Source: Prorocentrum cordatum
Taxonomy: Eukaryota
DNA: 64,000 nucleotides
Reading direction: 5' to 3'
Assembly (NCBI GenBank): GCA_963575745.1
Contig: CAUYUJ010000063.1
Span: 1-64,000, forward strand
Positions within the stretch are counted from its first letter, which is position 1. Each line of letters opens with the position of its first letter. Below the pieces are notes generated by a model that saw nothing but the letters and a program-made list of their open reading frames with translations, did no database searches and was not told where the DNA came from. Of the stretch, positions 24,889 through 44,460 are shown one piece after another. The position numbers and the translations under genes were made by a program.

Positions 24889-25115
24889 CAGTGGCGAAGC
24901 GTCCTGGCGTGCCTATAGGCCTACCAAACAATGTTCTAAGAACTCTTTGTGGCTTCCACGACATATTCTTAGAACATCTCTGGCCGAGACTGTCTTGTTT
25001 TAGCACATCGGGCGTATGTTCTAAGAACATTGTGTTCGTTATTTGAACACTTTTGGGTTTAAAGAACATTTATTTCGTGGTCGGCCTATAGAAAGGCCGG
25101 GACGGTCGGTCCCTG
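24889..25115 (+). mobile_element. MITE family B, copy 2 (227 bp)
   Basis: TIRs CAGTGGCGAAGCGTCCTGGCGTGCCTATAGGCCTACCA / TGGTCGGCCTATAGAAAGGCCGGGACGGTCGGTCCCTG. Homologous to 14351-14573. Confidence 0.8.
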
Positions 25116-25949
25116 CTGAATTGGAGGGAGGTTGAACGCCCCCCAGGGGCCTTTTTCATGCCTGGGGGCCCAAAGAAAACGACCTACAAGACTCAGAGGA
25201 GGAAAAGGTACCCATACCTCTATACTTTGCTCGTTTTCCCCTTTTTGGGCCTCCTGGGAGGCCCTCGTCGCCACCGCTGGATTCGCTTCGAAATTCTGGT
25301 CAGAACGCACCCAGGGAGAGGTCTGGGGAGTAGCGGCATTTTCCCCAAAGACTCGTCAAACAATAAGTTGACGGTTTTTGTTTTCGGCGCTTGCGCGGTC
25401 GGCGCTGTTTGGCCCACACGCAGGGGTGTCGGAAATCCGGCGCTGCCCCCACAGCATCGAAGAGCGCGTTCTCTGACAAGCGCAAGAATTATTGGGCGCT
25501 TCGATTTTGACTTGCGGTTCAATTTGTTTTTGACGAGGCTTGAAATCCATGCAAAAGGTTGGGTCGACAGCCACTGGTAACCTGCTGTTGGTAGATCGGC
25601 TGATTGCACCGCTTTGTTTGATCCGTGAGCGCCTCTGTCGTGCTCGAACTCGGCGCCGCCTCCATTTGGCAAGCACAGCGTGCGACAAAGAGACAACGAC
25701 GGCGATGACGACGGCGACGACGACGACGACGATGACGACGGGGAAGAGGCAGGGGGGAGGAGGAGGAGGAGGGAGGGGGAGAGCGCACCGATACGGACAG
25801 GTGTCTGTCCAGGCCCGCTGGGTACAAGGCGCAGGCTGGGCCATTCTCATTCTGGCGGGAGGCGACGCATGTGACTGGCATGGGTGGCGAAAACCTCCCT
25901 TTCGCGCGGTCGAACAGGGGACTCCGACTGGGGAAACGGGCGGGTTGTG

Positions 25950-27250
25950 GTGATCAGGGTGTGGCGCGCCCCGTCTGCACTCCCGAACGCGCGCTTCTGA
26001 GCCTTGTAAAATGAAGGCGCAAACGTGGGGCATCCCCGTTCAGCAGCCCAGCGCCAGGACAACGGAGCTGGTTGCCAGGAGCTCTCGCAGGGCACGACGT
26101 GCGAAAGGAAGGACGTGACTTGTACTGGTCAAGTCGCGCTGGGAGGCGTTCTCGGAGAGTGGCCCAGGGCAGGCAGGCGCGTGGAAGGCCCATTGGAGGC
26201 CTTTCCGTGCGGAATGTGCTCTCTGGAGCTTGTCGAGAAGGGGTCTGGGCCGCTCCTGGATGTTACTCCGCGTGCGTGCGAGGCTGGAGGCGCGTGGCGG
26301 AAGTGCCGTGATGCTAGCGGTGGGCGCGGCTTCACGGTCTTGTGGTGGCTGCGGCCTGGCCGAAGCGAGGCGTTGCGGGAGGCTGCTCCTCCGGTCGGCG
26401 CGGTCGGACGGGCGCATCCACCCTGGTGGGTGTCACGAAGGCCACGGGTCCCCGCTCCCTGGTGGGGGCGGGTGTGTGTGCCTGGTGGCAGGAAGCGCTG
26501 CGTTGGGGGGTCGGCAACGCCGCAGCACTGGCCAGCCCGGCGGGTTGGGGCGACGGCGCCGGCCCATCGGGCGCAGTCCGCGGCTCTTCGCCTGCCAAGC
26601 ACAGATCACAGACCTTGTCCCATGTGGATGCCGCTGCTGGCGCAGATGTGGCCCGAGGCGTGGCTGTCTGCGCCGGGGTGGACGGTCGGGTCCGTGCTGC
26701 CTCGCGTGTGGCCGATATCAGTGTTGTGCCGTGGAGGTCGCAGTGGAGTACCTGCGGTGGGGGCCTGGTGGACCTCCACCTCGTAGATCTTTGCCGTCGT
26801 GTGCCAGCATGGGCGCGGGGGTGGACTGTCGTTGTTCGCGTCGTGGCCATTGCTTTCGTGGCAGCCTGGTGTGTGGGGGGGACCATCATCGTCGTTGTCG
26901 AGGGCCCCCCCTCGAGCCGAGTGGTCTTTCTCCGTTCCTTTGAGGTCGTTAGGAGGGGTGTCCCATGGATTGTCGAGTTCATTGTAGTACCCTGGCCCCT
27001 GGCCCTGGTGGACCTTGGAACTGGGGTGGGTCGCCTGGTGGGCCTGGTGGTTCGTCCCCGTCGCCCTCCGTGGTGAGCGGCTAGGATTTCACCCAATGGA
27101 TTTCTGATCTGGACGATCCCGTTCTTCAGTCGGGGAGCAGGAGGACGTGGTGGCTGTGAAGGACAATCGCGAGTGTGTGTCCCCGCTTGGCCGCGTCGAT
27201 GACGTCTTGTGGTTTTGCGTGCATGCGGTTCCCGCTGTAGCCAGCTCGAT
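25950..27250 (-). mobile_element. Probable decayed non-LTR retrotransposon 5' region (endonuclease-like N-terminus)
   Basis: Minus-strand TASITAL...NIQE.R...ARKGLQWAFHAPA resembles the start of an EEP/APE endonuclease. It is preceded by a polar linker-like frame. Multiple stops. Confidence 0.4.
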
Positions 27251-28524
27251 CAGGAGGAGGAGGAGGAGGAGGAGGAGGAGGACACGAAGAGGGAGACAGG
27301 GGGGACGGCGGAGGGAGAACTCCAAGGGCACAGCGGCCCAGCCTCGGCGCTACAGGGTGGCCACCGAGGAGGAAACGGCGGGGAAGGGGCGCTCGGGCTC
27401 TCGCGGCCCCGGACCGCTCGTCGAGCGCGTGGCGTGTGACGTTGCCCGCGCGCTGCCGCTCGTGCGCCAGTGCCGGGGTCAGCCGCGCAGGCTTTCGGCG
27501 CCGCGGCAGCGCTGCTCCGCCACCTCAAGGCGGACAGCCCACGACGAGCTGGCTGCGAGGTGGTGGCCCATGCCCCCGTCGGGGGACAGGCCGCCCTCCT
27601 CTTCGCGAACGCGTTCGACCTCCCGCCCCCGACCTGGTAGTAGGACCAGGCGGTGGGGCGCCCCAGGCGGGAGAGGTGCGCGCAGGGGGTCCCGAACCAG
27701 GCCCCCCACAGCACGCAGCTGGGCGCGCCCGAGTCGGGGGCACGCAGAGGCGCCGCCCGCCCTGGGGGGGGGCGCGCGGGCGCCGCACGGCCACGGGCGA
27801 AGGCGAGGGCGCAACCCGAGGCCGCAGGAGGACTCGCCGCGGGAGGGCGCTCCGCGCGCGGCGGCGCGGCCGGCGCCCGCCGCCGCCGCCGCCGCCCCCG
27901 CGCGGCCCGGCGGGCCGAGGGTTTCCAAGCTCGAAGCTCGAAGGCCGACCGGAGGAGCCCGCGCAGAAGATCGGGAGCAGCAGGGGGGGATGCGGCCGGA
28001 GAGCCCGTGAGGCGCCCGGAGCGCCGCCGAGGCCACAGGAGCGGCCGGGGGCTCACGCGGTCCGGCGGCCACAGGTGGCGGGGGCCGCACCGGCTGCGCA
28101 GAGGCAGGCGAGCGCAAGCTTCCCGCACACGGCGGCGCGCAGAAGAGCTCTTCCTTCTCCTCGCGGCGCGCGGCGCTGGCGGCCCACGCGAGCTTCTGCG
28201 CAATGTCGACGTCGCGTCGAGCGCGAGCCCTCATTCCGCCCCCGTTCTCGTCGCTCGCGCGCTCGATCCCCCCGCTCCGACCTCTCTCGCGAAGGCCCGC
28301 AGGCAGTGCAGTCAGGAGGCCGAAACAGATGCGGCATGTTCGCGCGTCGACCGTCGGCGACCCCCCGCCGCCGGCGTTCAATGCTGAACGCCGCCCGGAT
28401 CGGTCGGCGTGGAGCGATCCCCTCGCGTGGCAGAAACGGCCGACCGTTCAAGGTGGAGAACGGCCCCCGCGCCGTCAGAGGCCAGCTCCGAAGCCGACAC
28501 GACGCGAAGCTGCCGCGGAAGGCT

Positions 28525-29538
28525 CAGGAGGGGAAAAAGACACACAGACACAATTAATCGTCGATTCCCAGGAAAATGCGGGAGAATATGGGAAGTGGGG
28601 GGGAAGACGGAAACCCGGAAAATATGGAAAAATATGGGGAATCTTGTTACTTGTGTCTATTTCTTTGTGCGCCCCTGTGGGCCCCTTGACCGGCTGGGCT
28701 CGGGAGGGGCTCTCGCTCCCGGACCGCTCCTGGGGCCCAGGCCGGGAAGAGCCCGGTCGCGGTCGAGGCGCCTGGGCCAGAGGGGTGCCCCCGCCTCCCC
28801 CTCCCGAGGAGGCGCAAGCATTTCAGGAGGGGGAAGAGGCACACAGACACGATCAGTCGTCGACTCCCCAAAGAGTGTGGGAAAGTATGGGCAGTCGGGG
28901 TGGGAGACAGAAGCCCATAAAACATGGAAAAATATGGGGACTCTTTTGTTTGTGTGTATTTGTTTGTGTGTCCCAGGGCCCCTTCAACCATGGATTATGA
29001 GACGCGTGGATTAGCGGCGGCGACCCCGCAGCGCGGGCGTGTAAGGCTGAACGCCGCCCGTGGCCCAGAATCGGCCCATTCTTGGCCGATCCGGCCTTCT
29101 CGGAAGGGCCGATCGTTCAAGTTTGAACGATCCCCGCGGTGTCAGGAACCGACGCCGAGGCCGACGCGACGCAAGCCTGCCGTACGGAGTCGCCGCGCTC
29201 CGTCGCCAAATCGAGTGGCACTGGCTTCCTGTGTCGAGGGGTACCTTCCCGATCCGTGGACCTGGCGCCCACCCGCCAGATCAAGACCACGGGCCCCCCA
29301 AATGCACACCACCACCTTCCTCGCCCCCTCCCTCTCCCAGGACAGAGGAGGGGAAGAGGAGGGTGGAGGAGGGAGGGAGGAATGGAGGGGGGAATGGAGC
29401 GGGGAATGGAGGTGGTGGTGGTGGTGGTGGTGGTGGTGNNNNNNNNNNNNNNNNNNNNNNNNNNNNNNNNNNNNNNNNNNNNNNNNNNNNNNNNNNNNNN
29501 NNNNNNNNNNNNNNNNNNNNNNNNNNNNNNNNNNNNNN

Positions 29539-29607
<69 letters not shown>

Positions 29608-29616
29608 GGTGGTGGT

Positions 29617-29700
<84 letters not shown>

Positions 29701-30795
29701 GGTGGTGGTGGTGGTGGTGTATATTCTTGGGACCCGCCCAGGTCCACGGATCCGCTCATGCTAACGTGCGCTCGGCATTACGTGCCGCGTTGACACGGCC
29801 GCGACCCCGTGTAATTGCTTGTTGATCCGTTGTTTCGCCGATCGGCGAGGGCGCCAGGCCCCCCCCTTCTCCACCCGTGCCGGCGTTCTCGAACAGAAAT
29901 GCCCGAGTACAACGCCTAGAGGACGGCGCAAGAGCGCCCCCCGCGCCTCCAATTTCAATGTTCATCTGAAGGAGCAGGCCGCGGTTTGCAAACGTTTTTG
30001 TTTTTTTCGAAACGACTCGCACTCCACCGCGTCCACCGCCCCGAACTTTGAAATTGGGGGCCCGGGGGTTGGACCCGCTTCAACGCGCATTCGAGATGGA
30101 CGTCTTTTTGAAAACCATGATAATCCAGATCTTGAGTGCTCTTGGCAGCTGTTTTTGGCTACTGGTCAGGCCACCCCTCCCGCACCGTCTGCTTGCGCGA
30201 TTGGGCAAAAACAGATCGACTGAACACCCGCCCAGACCCAGACCCCCTCCCCCTCCCCCTCCCTTCGGCCAGATGTCGAAACCCAGAATTTCAAGCAAAT
30301 GCTTACCAGCGCGGGCACCCAAGGTTAACCGCGGCCAGTTGCCCAAAATCGGCCGACATCGAGCGATCTGCGCCACATTGGAGAGCCGCGACCGTTCCGT
30401 GCTGAACGGTCCACGCGGTGTCGGAAACCGACGCCGACGTCTTCGTGGCGCGAGCCTCGGCGTCGGGGGGCCCGGGGGCCGTGGGCGCGCTGTCGGAGCT
30501 GGAGTCCCGGCGTCCGCACCGTCGCAGACCCGGGCGGCGGGATGGCCTTCGAAGACAAAAAAATTCGGCACGAACATGAGCTTTGAGCTGCCTTGAGCGC
30601 TCCGCGCGCCAGGCCCCCCGCGGCCCCTTTCACATTCAGGAGGGGAAAAACCATACAGACACAATCAATCGTCGACTCCCCAGAAAATATGGAAGAAGAT
30701 GGGAAGTGGGGGGGAAGACGACAACCCAGAAAATATGGGAAAATATGGGGAATCCTGTATTATGTGTGTCTATTTACTTGTGTGCCCCGAGGCCT
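28525..30795 (+). repeat. Dispersed ~155-bp repeat family, 3 copies (~28525-28685, ~28823-28985, ~30636-30795)
   Basis: Shared CAGGAGGGG..ACAGACAC..TCGTCGAYTCCC..AAATATGGG..TGTGT segments. Weak TIR, no clear TSD. Confidence 0.8.
29439..29538. other. Assembly gap (100 N)
   Basis: Run of N. Confidence 1.
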
Positions 30796-32565
30796 CTTCA
30801 AGCATAAAAATCCGCGCTGGGCCCTCCCTGGCGGCGCCTCCGGCACCGCCCCTGGCGCGCTCCGCGCGCCAGAGCGGGGGGGCCCAGCGCAGATCCGAGA
30901 GATCCGCGCGGAGCGCCAAACAGATTCTGTTTATGCCGTCTTTTCTGCTCCCAGGCCTGGTGGGGCTGGCGTGGCGGGGCCGGCGGGGACGGCTCGGCTG
31001 TTGGGCCGCCCCCGAGGGGCGTCGCGCTGGCTGGCCCCTGCGCACGCCGCGCGGGCTCCTCGGCCGGCACCGTGCGGTCACGCCCCGTGGGCTCCGTGTC
31101 GGTGCTGCCGCCGCCGCGCCCCCGCGGCCCTGGCAGAGCCGTGCGCCTCCGGGCGCGGCCTGCGCGCGGTCTGCGCGCGCGCGGGGCGGGCGCGCCTCGC
31201 GGCCCGGCGGGCCGCGCGCGGGTTCCCTTTCCCCTCCAGGCCCCCTCCCGCGGGAGGCCCCCCCCCCCCCCCCCCCCCGCGCTCCCCCGTCCCTCCCACC
31301 CCCCCCATCCTCCTCCCTTCCCCTTCCCACCCCCCTCTTCCTCCGCTTCCTCTCCCCCCCGCCTTCCCCTCCATCGTCCCCCCCCCGTCTCTCCACTTCC
31401 TCTCCCCTCCCCCCTCTCCCCTCCTCTCCTCGTTCCCCCTCCCCTCTCCTGCCTCCTCCCACCCCCCCCCTCCTCCCCTCCCTCTCCTCCGTTCCCCCCC
31501 TCCCCTCCCCCCTCCTGCTCTCGGTGCGCCCCTCCCCGGGAGGAGGTCCCCGCTCCCCGCCCGGGCTGGCCCTCCTCCGCCGGGGGCCCCTTTTTCAGGG
31601 GAGGGACATCCGAGGAGGGAGTTTATACCTGACCACCGCCTGGAGGGTCCGTCTTCGGAGCCTCGGCAGGCGGTGGATGTGGACAGATTCGGGCCCCCAG
31701 GGGACGACGTATGTCCATATCCAACGCCCAGCTGGGGCACCGGTATACGTCGGTTCCCGGGCGGTGGATATGGATAAATCCCCGCCTCGCAGAGAAGCCA
31801 CCTGGACCGGACAATTGGCGTTTACTAAACGGCCTTGGGCGTTTGCTAAACAGCCCTGCTCTGTTCGATTCCTTCAGTGGGGGCGTTTAGTAAACGGCTC
31901 TGCGTCGGGGTGGTCATTCTGGGGATGGTGTTTCGGCCCTCTACACTTCGACCCCATGCGACTCGACATCGATCCACAGCCGGCCCAGTCCGACTCGACT
32001 CCGATGTCCTTCAGGGCGATCGAAGTTCGAAGAAAACAGGGCGTAAATATGAGAATGTGGCGGTCCGCGCGGAGTTTTTGGATCCGCGCTGGGCCTTCCT
32101 GGCAGCGCCTCTGGCGCCGCCCCTGGCGCGCTCCGCGGCGCTCCGCGCAGATCCAAGAAAACCGCGCCGAGTGCCAAAAGTTTCTGTTTATGGTTTATGC
32201 CGTTTTTTTCTTCTCCGAGACATGGGTGCAAACACCGACAGCACTTCCTGCCCATTTTGAGCATGGCTCGCTGTCGGTGTTGCCACGGACGCTGCCCAGT
32301 GTGAGACAGAAGGCCGCCTGCCCAACAGCTGCCGCTGTTAGTTTTGGACAACGTTTGCCTTTGGGCATCGTATTCATTCTTCCGTACCCACTTCGGGCGT
32401 CCAAAGTTCCGACGATCCGATACGGCCCGATGTTTGCGCGTCGCTGTTGTGCGTCTTGGCGCGCCTGATTCGACGCACGTTCCGATTTGATACGGCTTTC
32501 TTATTCAATTCGGGCCGACCCTGCCCCTTCGCTCGGGCGGCCCCAGCGCCACACGCGCACGCGAG

Positions 32566-32631
32566 GACGGGGAGGCCGCGGTCGTGGTCGACCTGGAGCC
32601 GATGCACCGCGTGTGGAACGAGTTGGCCGAG
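32566..32631 (+). CDS. Candidate orphan exon DGEAAVVVDLEPMHRVWNELAE
   Basis: AG|G acceptor, GAG|GC donor, and all 22 codons end in G/C. Product unknown. Confidence 0.45.
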
Positions 32632-32865
32632 GCCTGGCGGAACCCCTCCCTCGGAGGGGGTTTGGGGGGGCAGGGTTGTCAGTTTCTGGGAAGGTTTGGT
32701 GCTCGTGAGCGGTTTCTGGTTGTTGTATTCGGCTCCGCCTCCTGCTCTTTTGCCTGCCCTGTTCCTGCTGATGTGCGTGTGTGTAGACTGTGCGCGCACG
32801 TTTTCTTAGTGCGCACATCTGTACTTGGCGCTCATAGATGCTCATCAGCGGCGTTCTAGCATTCC

Positions 32866-32892
32866 CAGTACTATTCCTACTACTGCTACCAT

Positions 32893-32986
<94 letters not shown>

Positions 32987-33009
32987 ACGACTACGACTAC
33001 GCTACTACG

Positions 33010-33057
<48 letters not shown>

Positions 33058-33557
33058 GACACTACTACTAACACTACTACTAACACTACTACTACTACAC
33101 TATACTACTACTCCTACTAACTAACTAACTCTACTAACTAACTACTACTAACTATTACTACTACTACTACTACTACTACTACGATTACTAACTACTACTA
33201 CTACTCTACTACTACTGACGCTACGAACTCCTACTACTAACTACTACTACCACCCTGCGACTACGACACTGCGACCGGACTACGAAACCACTACTCCCAT
33301 TCTACTACTAACTACTACTACACTCACTACTACTACGACTAACCAACCGCCACCACTACCACTACTACTACACTACTACTACACTACTACTAGTTACTAC
33401 TAACTGCTAGTATTACTACTACTACTACTACTACTACGACGACGACGATTACTACTACGACTACGACCACTACTACTACTACTACTACTACTACCACTAC
33501 TACTACTATTATTATTACTACTACTACTACTACTCCTATTACTGCTACGACGAATCT

Positions 33558-33590
<33 letters not shown>

Positions 33591-33636
33591 GACTACTACT
33601 ACTACGACTACTACTACTACTACTACTACAACTACG

Positions 33637-33669
<33 letters not shown>

Positions 33670-33778
33670 GCTACTACTACTACTACTGCTACTATTGCTA
33701 CCCCTACTGCTAGTACTACTACTACCACTACTAATTCTACTACTACTGCTACTACTACTACTACTACTACGACTACTG

Positions 33779-33809
<31 letters not shown>

Positions 33810-33815
33810 GACTAG

Positions 33816-33871
<56 letters not shown>

Positions 33872-33891
33872 GAACGAGTACTACTACGAAT

Positions 33892-33944
<53 letters not shown>

Positions 33945-34246
33945 TACTACTACTACTACTACGACAAAAACTACGACTACTACTACCTACCTGCCGACCT
34001 ACCTACCTACCTACCTACCTGCCTGCCTGCCTGCCTGTCTGCCTACCTACCACCACCACCACCACCACCACCACCACTACTACTACTACTACCTAACCAA
34101 ACGCTACTACTACATTACTACTACTGCTACAAGTGATACTGCTACTCGAATCTATTACTACTCTACTGCCTAATAACTGCTACTACTACTCCTGGCTACA
34201 CTACGACCGACGATGACGACGACACTATTACTGCTGACTGCTACTA

Positions 34247-34283
<37 letters not shown>

Positions 34284-34302
34284 GACTACTACTACTACTA
34301 CG

Positions 34303-34334
<32 letters not shown>

Positions 34335-34424
34335 GACGACTACTACTACTACTACTATTTCTACCACTACGACGACTACTCCTAATACTACTACTACTAC
34401 TGCTACTACTACTACTGCTACTAT

Positions 34425-34490
<66 letters not shown>

Positions 34491-34528
34491 GACTACTACT
34501 ACTACGACTACTGCTACTACTACTACTC

Positions 34529-34580
<52 letters not shown>

Positions 34581-34607
34581 GACTACTACTACTACTACTA
34601 CGACTAT

Positions 34608-34688
<81 letters not shown>

Positions 34689-34690
34689 CT
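32866..34690 (+). repeat. (CTA)n tract with a (CCTA/CCTG)n insert
   Basis: Directly visible. Confidence 0.97.
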
Positions 34691-34697
34691 CTCCTCC

Positions 34698-34719
34698 TCC
34701 GTAGCCATTGTGGCCCAAG
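34698..34719 (+). other. Dinoflagellate spliced-leader relic
   Basis: TCCGTAGCCATTGTGGCCCAAG versus the canonical DCCGTAGCCATTTTGGCTCAAG: 20/22. Not followed by a GT donor. Confidence 0.85.
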
Positions 34720-37700
34720 ACTAAATGTGGGGTGGCGCGGTTTGTCTTGGCCTCGTCCGTGGCCAGGACTCGAGCATTCTGGCCGGCAGGAGGCCAGCGT
34801 TCTCCCACGCGTCAGATTTCCCACCGTTCCCGTTTTTTTTCAGGACCGTCAGTCGCCTGATCGTCAGACACCCTCAGCCTCGGCTTTAGGCGGCATGAAC
34901 TCCCTGGTCGCGAGGATGCAGTCGGCGCTCGAGCAGGCGGTCTCACTACAGACCAAGGAGCTATGCAACACGATGCAGACCAACTTCTCTCAGCAGTTCG
35001 GCATTCTGACGGGAGCAGTCAACCAGCGCATCGACGAGAACTGAGCGGGGATATCGGCACAGTCGGCGCACATCCAGTCCATGCGTGCCCAGCTGAAGGA
35101 GCAACATGGTGCCATTCAACTACTCCAGTCCTCTTCTACTGCTGGTGGGTCCAGCTCAGCAGCTTCGACAACGGGTGCCAGTGACTCTCGGGTTGGCAAG
35201 GTTTCGGCCGCTCCGAAAGCAACGTGTTTTGACATCCACGAGGCAAGCGCATTTTGCCAGCTTCAAGGGTCCGATCATGCCTGCGGTCATGCGGAACAAT
35301 GCGACGCCCCAGTTTCACCGCACCAGCCAGTCGCGCAGCCCCACCTTCTCGAGCGAAGCCCTTGCCAAGGAGTTCACAGATATCCACAGCGCGCCCCAGA
35401 ATCAATGGATGGGTCCTCGTGACGGATCGCTGCACGTCGCGAGGGCCAGGACCGACCTCCCGCTCGACGTCCGCGCGAAGCAGCGCGCGCTGAGCAAGAC
35501 CTGGGACCCGATCATTGAGCTGTTCTCCGCCAGCCCACGCGCATCTGCTGGATCGAAACCCATCATCAGCGGCTGCAAAGGTACGATCCACTGGCCAACG
35601 GCGCGGGCGTCTGGCCGCTGTCATCGTTCAACGAGGTCAACCACGCAGCTGGCACCTTCCTTCGACGTCGATCAGGACACGCGCAGCCACTTCCAGGTCG
35701 ACACTGAGAAGGCGAGCGCCATCATGTCGGACGTCAACACGCGGGCGCTCTACATCCAGGAGGCGCCACCGTCGCACTCATCGGATATCGACATCAATGA
35801 TTGGAGTGAGAGCGTCGCGCTGATGGGGTCCTGCGACGTCGACGCTGCGCGCCCCTCTTCAGATTCGCAGTCAACTGCTGCGACTTCGTCAGAACCCTCA
35901 GGTACCAGCACGCCTACGGGGACAGATGAGCTCACCGAAGTGTCTGCTGCGGTTGCCAGCCACTCACCCTTTTTGCCTGCTCTGTTGCTGCGCGTGCGCA
36001 TGTGGAACGCACGCGCTCTTTTCCACTCCCTCCATTCCTCCTTGCTCCACGCGCGCGAGAAATTCAAAGTGTTGGCCGGGCTGTCTAGGATAATGGATGT
36101 AATCGCTGTACATGAGACCCCTGGTCAAGAAGGGGGCATCTCTGGAACGTGATTACCTTAGGTTTCGCATCTTCGGCTCATTCGTCGAAGGTGGGCACGC
36201 CCGTGGGATTATTCTCCCGGTTCGCAAAAGCCTTGCTGAGAAGTTCTCGCGCGTCGTCTTTGTCGACGTCGTTATTGGTCGCGCGTTGTCTCCGCGGCGT
36301 TATGGGCCGAATGGGTCTCTCCAGCTATCGGCGGTGCATCTAGATCCCGAGTGGTCAGAAAGGGGTGCTCGCCCCGTCTTGCCCTCCCTCTCCCGTCCGA
36401 TACTGCCGCGGTCTCAGCGCGCCGGCGTGATTCTTGGGGGCTTGAACTTTCGCGAGCATGGTGAAGCTAGATGTTTCCCGACACCTCCGACGCCCTCGCC
36501 TATGCATCGCGCCTTGCTACTACTTTCGATGCCCTCTTCCCGAATTGCTCTGGAGTGGAACGGCCTTCGTTTACTCGCGCAGCAGTTGTTCGCGGTCGTC
36601 AGAGCTATGTTAGACCCGGGAGAATATGCATTAACATGAATACCGCCACGTTACTCGATCAGTGCCCTTTGTCTGGAGTCATCTGGGAGGTTGCGGAGGG
36701 GCGCGAGCCCACCGACCGCGCGCCCGCATTCTTCGCGCTGCGGCCGCCCCGTGCACCAGCGAGCGGAGCAGCTAGCATTCCTCCGCGGTTTACCAAACAT
36801 GCGAAGTTCCGAGAGTTCATCGAGCTTGCGCAAGATGTTGGGCTTCCGCCCCGCCCGCCGCCGACAGTGAAAGAAATCGAGGCTATATTCCATCTTGCCT
36901 CCGCTCGGGTGCGTCGTCGCATCGAGACTGCGGGCGCCGTCGCCAGGGCTGAAGAGGCTGCCGGCGCGCTGAATATTGCCCGCGCAGAACGCACTCAGAG
37001 TTCTCGGCGCGCTCGACGAGCTCTCCACGGGCATTGGCATCTGCTCACTCGCCTTAACCCTGCCGCGATGGCGCGCGCCCGCCTAGCCGAGCTGATGACA
37101 GCCCAGCACAATGAGGGGTGGAGAATATCCTGAGACACGTGGAGGAGGGGGCGGATGAATCTGCGCAAGCCATGCGACGTGTCCGATGGCTCTCTCGTGC
37201 CCAGTCTGTCCTGCGCCCGCGCATCAAGCTCGCGGGCGCGAAAGGCCCCGAAGGCGCAGCGCGCGCGGGTCCGAGCGAAGCAGCCGCCCGACGAGCCAGC
37301 GGTTGGGGGGGGTCTAGCAGCGACCCCATTATCTTTTCTGATGATCATCCTCTGCATAGCTATATCCATCGCATTGGCGGCGCGACCGAAAAATGTACGA
37401 ATGCGACGCGTCAACGATTCGACTCGAAATGGTGTGGAGAACGATTTCTTGGCTTCATTGCCTCCAAAAAGCAAGCGCCGCTGCCGGGCCTGACGGCGCC
37501 CCCTGCTCCACGCGGCCCGTCTCGGGACAGGCCGCGCAGGTCGCACTTTGCCAGCTGCGTGAGTTTCTCTTGGATGGAGGTCGTCTGGAAGGCGACTTCA
37601 ACCATTGCCGCGCCGTCTTCTCGCCGAAGGGGGAGGCGGGGGGCCGCGGGGGGGATTTTCGCGAGCCCGCTGCCGCGCGCCTTCCGTCTCTGGCCAACGC

Positions 37701-38250
37701 GGACAACGAGCTCGCGAGCGCCGCCATTGCGTCGGCGCTGAGCGAAGTTGCCGCCGGCGCCTGCCGCGACATCCAGCGCGGCTTCGTCGAGGGCTGACCC
37801 GCGAATGAAAAATGCGAGATCCATGGGTGGCACGCTGACCCCCCCGCGCGCGGCGCTGCGTGGGGCGGGGGGCGGAGCCGCGCCCTTCTACTCTAAGAGC
37901 GCGTTCTTAAGTTTTTGTCCTAGAGCTGGGTCCTCTTCGTTCGGGGCAAGATTGGCCTGCCGCGTTTCCTGGCCATCGCTATCACCGCGTTGCATCGCGC
38001 CGCGTGGGCGGGGATCTCCGCGGGGGCCGTGGCCAGGGATGTTGGGCCTCGCGGGGAATACGACAGGGTTGTCCACTCAGCGGGGCCTTCTTCGCCCTCG
38101 CTCTCGACCCTGCCCTTCGGTGCATTCTTCAGCTGCGTCCTCGCCTCGAATTCGAGCTCGGAGCTTTCGCGGATGATTTATCCCTCGTTATTCGCGACGC
38201 ACGCAGAACCCTGCCTGTCACTATCGAGCGACCGACGGTCTCTGGCAGTC
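34698..38250 (+). mobile_element. Decayed non-LTR retrotransposon (coiled-coil-like N-terminus, EEP endonuclease, RT), 5'-complete and 3'-interrupted
   Basis: MNSLVARMQ.. from 34895. Endonuclease: WNARAL (36003), DVIAVHET, VILGGLNF. RT: AGPDG, FSPKG, SLANADN, QRGF, GIRQGCPLS (Q at 38064), FADD (38166-38177). Many frameshifts. Confidence 0.9.
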
Positions 38251-43945
<5,695 letters not shown>

Positions 43946-44301
43946 ATGCTTGCTCCTGGACGGCGGCTGGGCTTCTGCTGTGACCAGGAGGGGAGGAGGA
44001 AGAGAGGAAGGGAGGAGGAGGAGGAGGAGGAAGAGGAGGAGGAGGAGGAGGAGGAGGAGGGTGGAGGAGGAGGAGGAGGAGGAGGAGGAGGAGGGGGCGG
44101 GGGGGAAAGGGGAGGAAGGAGGAGAGGGGAGGGAAGAGAGCGACGATGAGCAGGAGGAGTGGATGCAGGATAGTGAGGAAGAGCAGGAGGAGGAGGAAGA
44201 GGAAGAGCGAGGGGAGAATGAAGAGGAGGAGGATGCGGAGGAGGGAAAGGGGCGGAGGAGCAGAAGTAACAAGAGGATTTTCCGTTCGATGCGCGAGCCA
44301 G

Positions 44302-44460
44302 GCCGCCAGCAAGGACAGGGTCGGGCCCTTGGACGAGGATCAGTTTGTCGAGGTGGACGGCACCCTCATCTCGGACCGCCTCCTCTTTCGACTGAATCTC
44401 CGTCCTACATCAGACTCTTCCCGCCTCGATGCGTTGGCGACGCTCGGCGCGGGCGATTAA
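44302..44460 (+). pseudogene. Candidate exon relic AASKDRVGPLDEDQFVEVDGTLISDRLLFRLNL..
   Basis: CCAG|G acceptor and a protein-like frame ending in TAA. No family recognised. Confidence 0.3.

Noticed and set aside
34698..34760. Functional SL RNA gene
   Set aside because: Two mismatches in the exon and no GT donor after CAAG.
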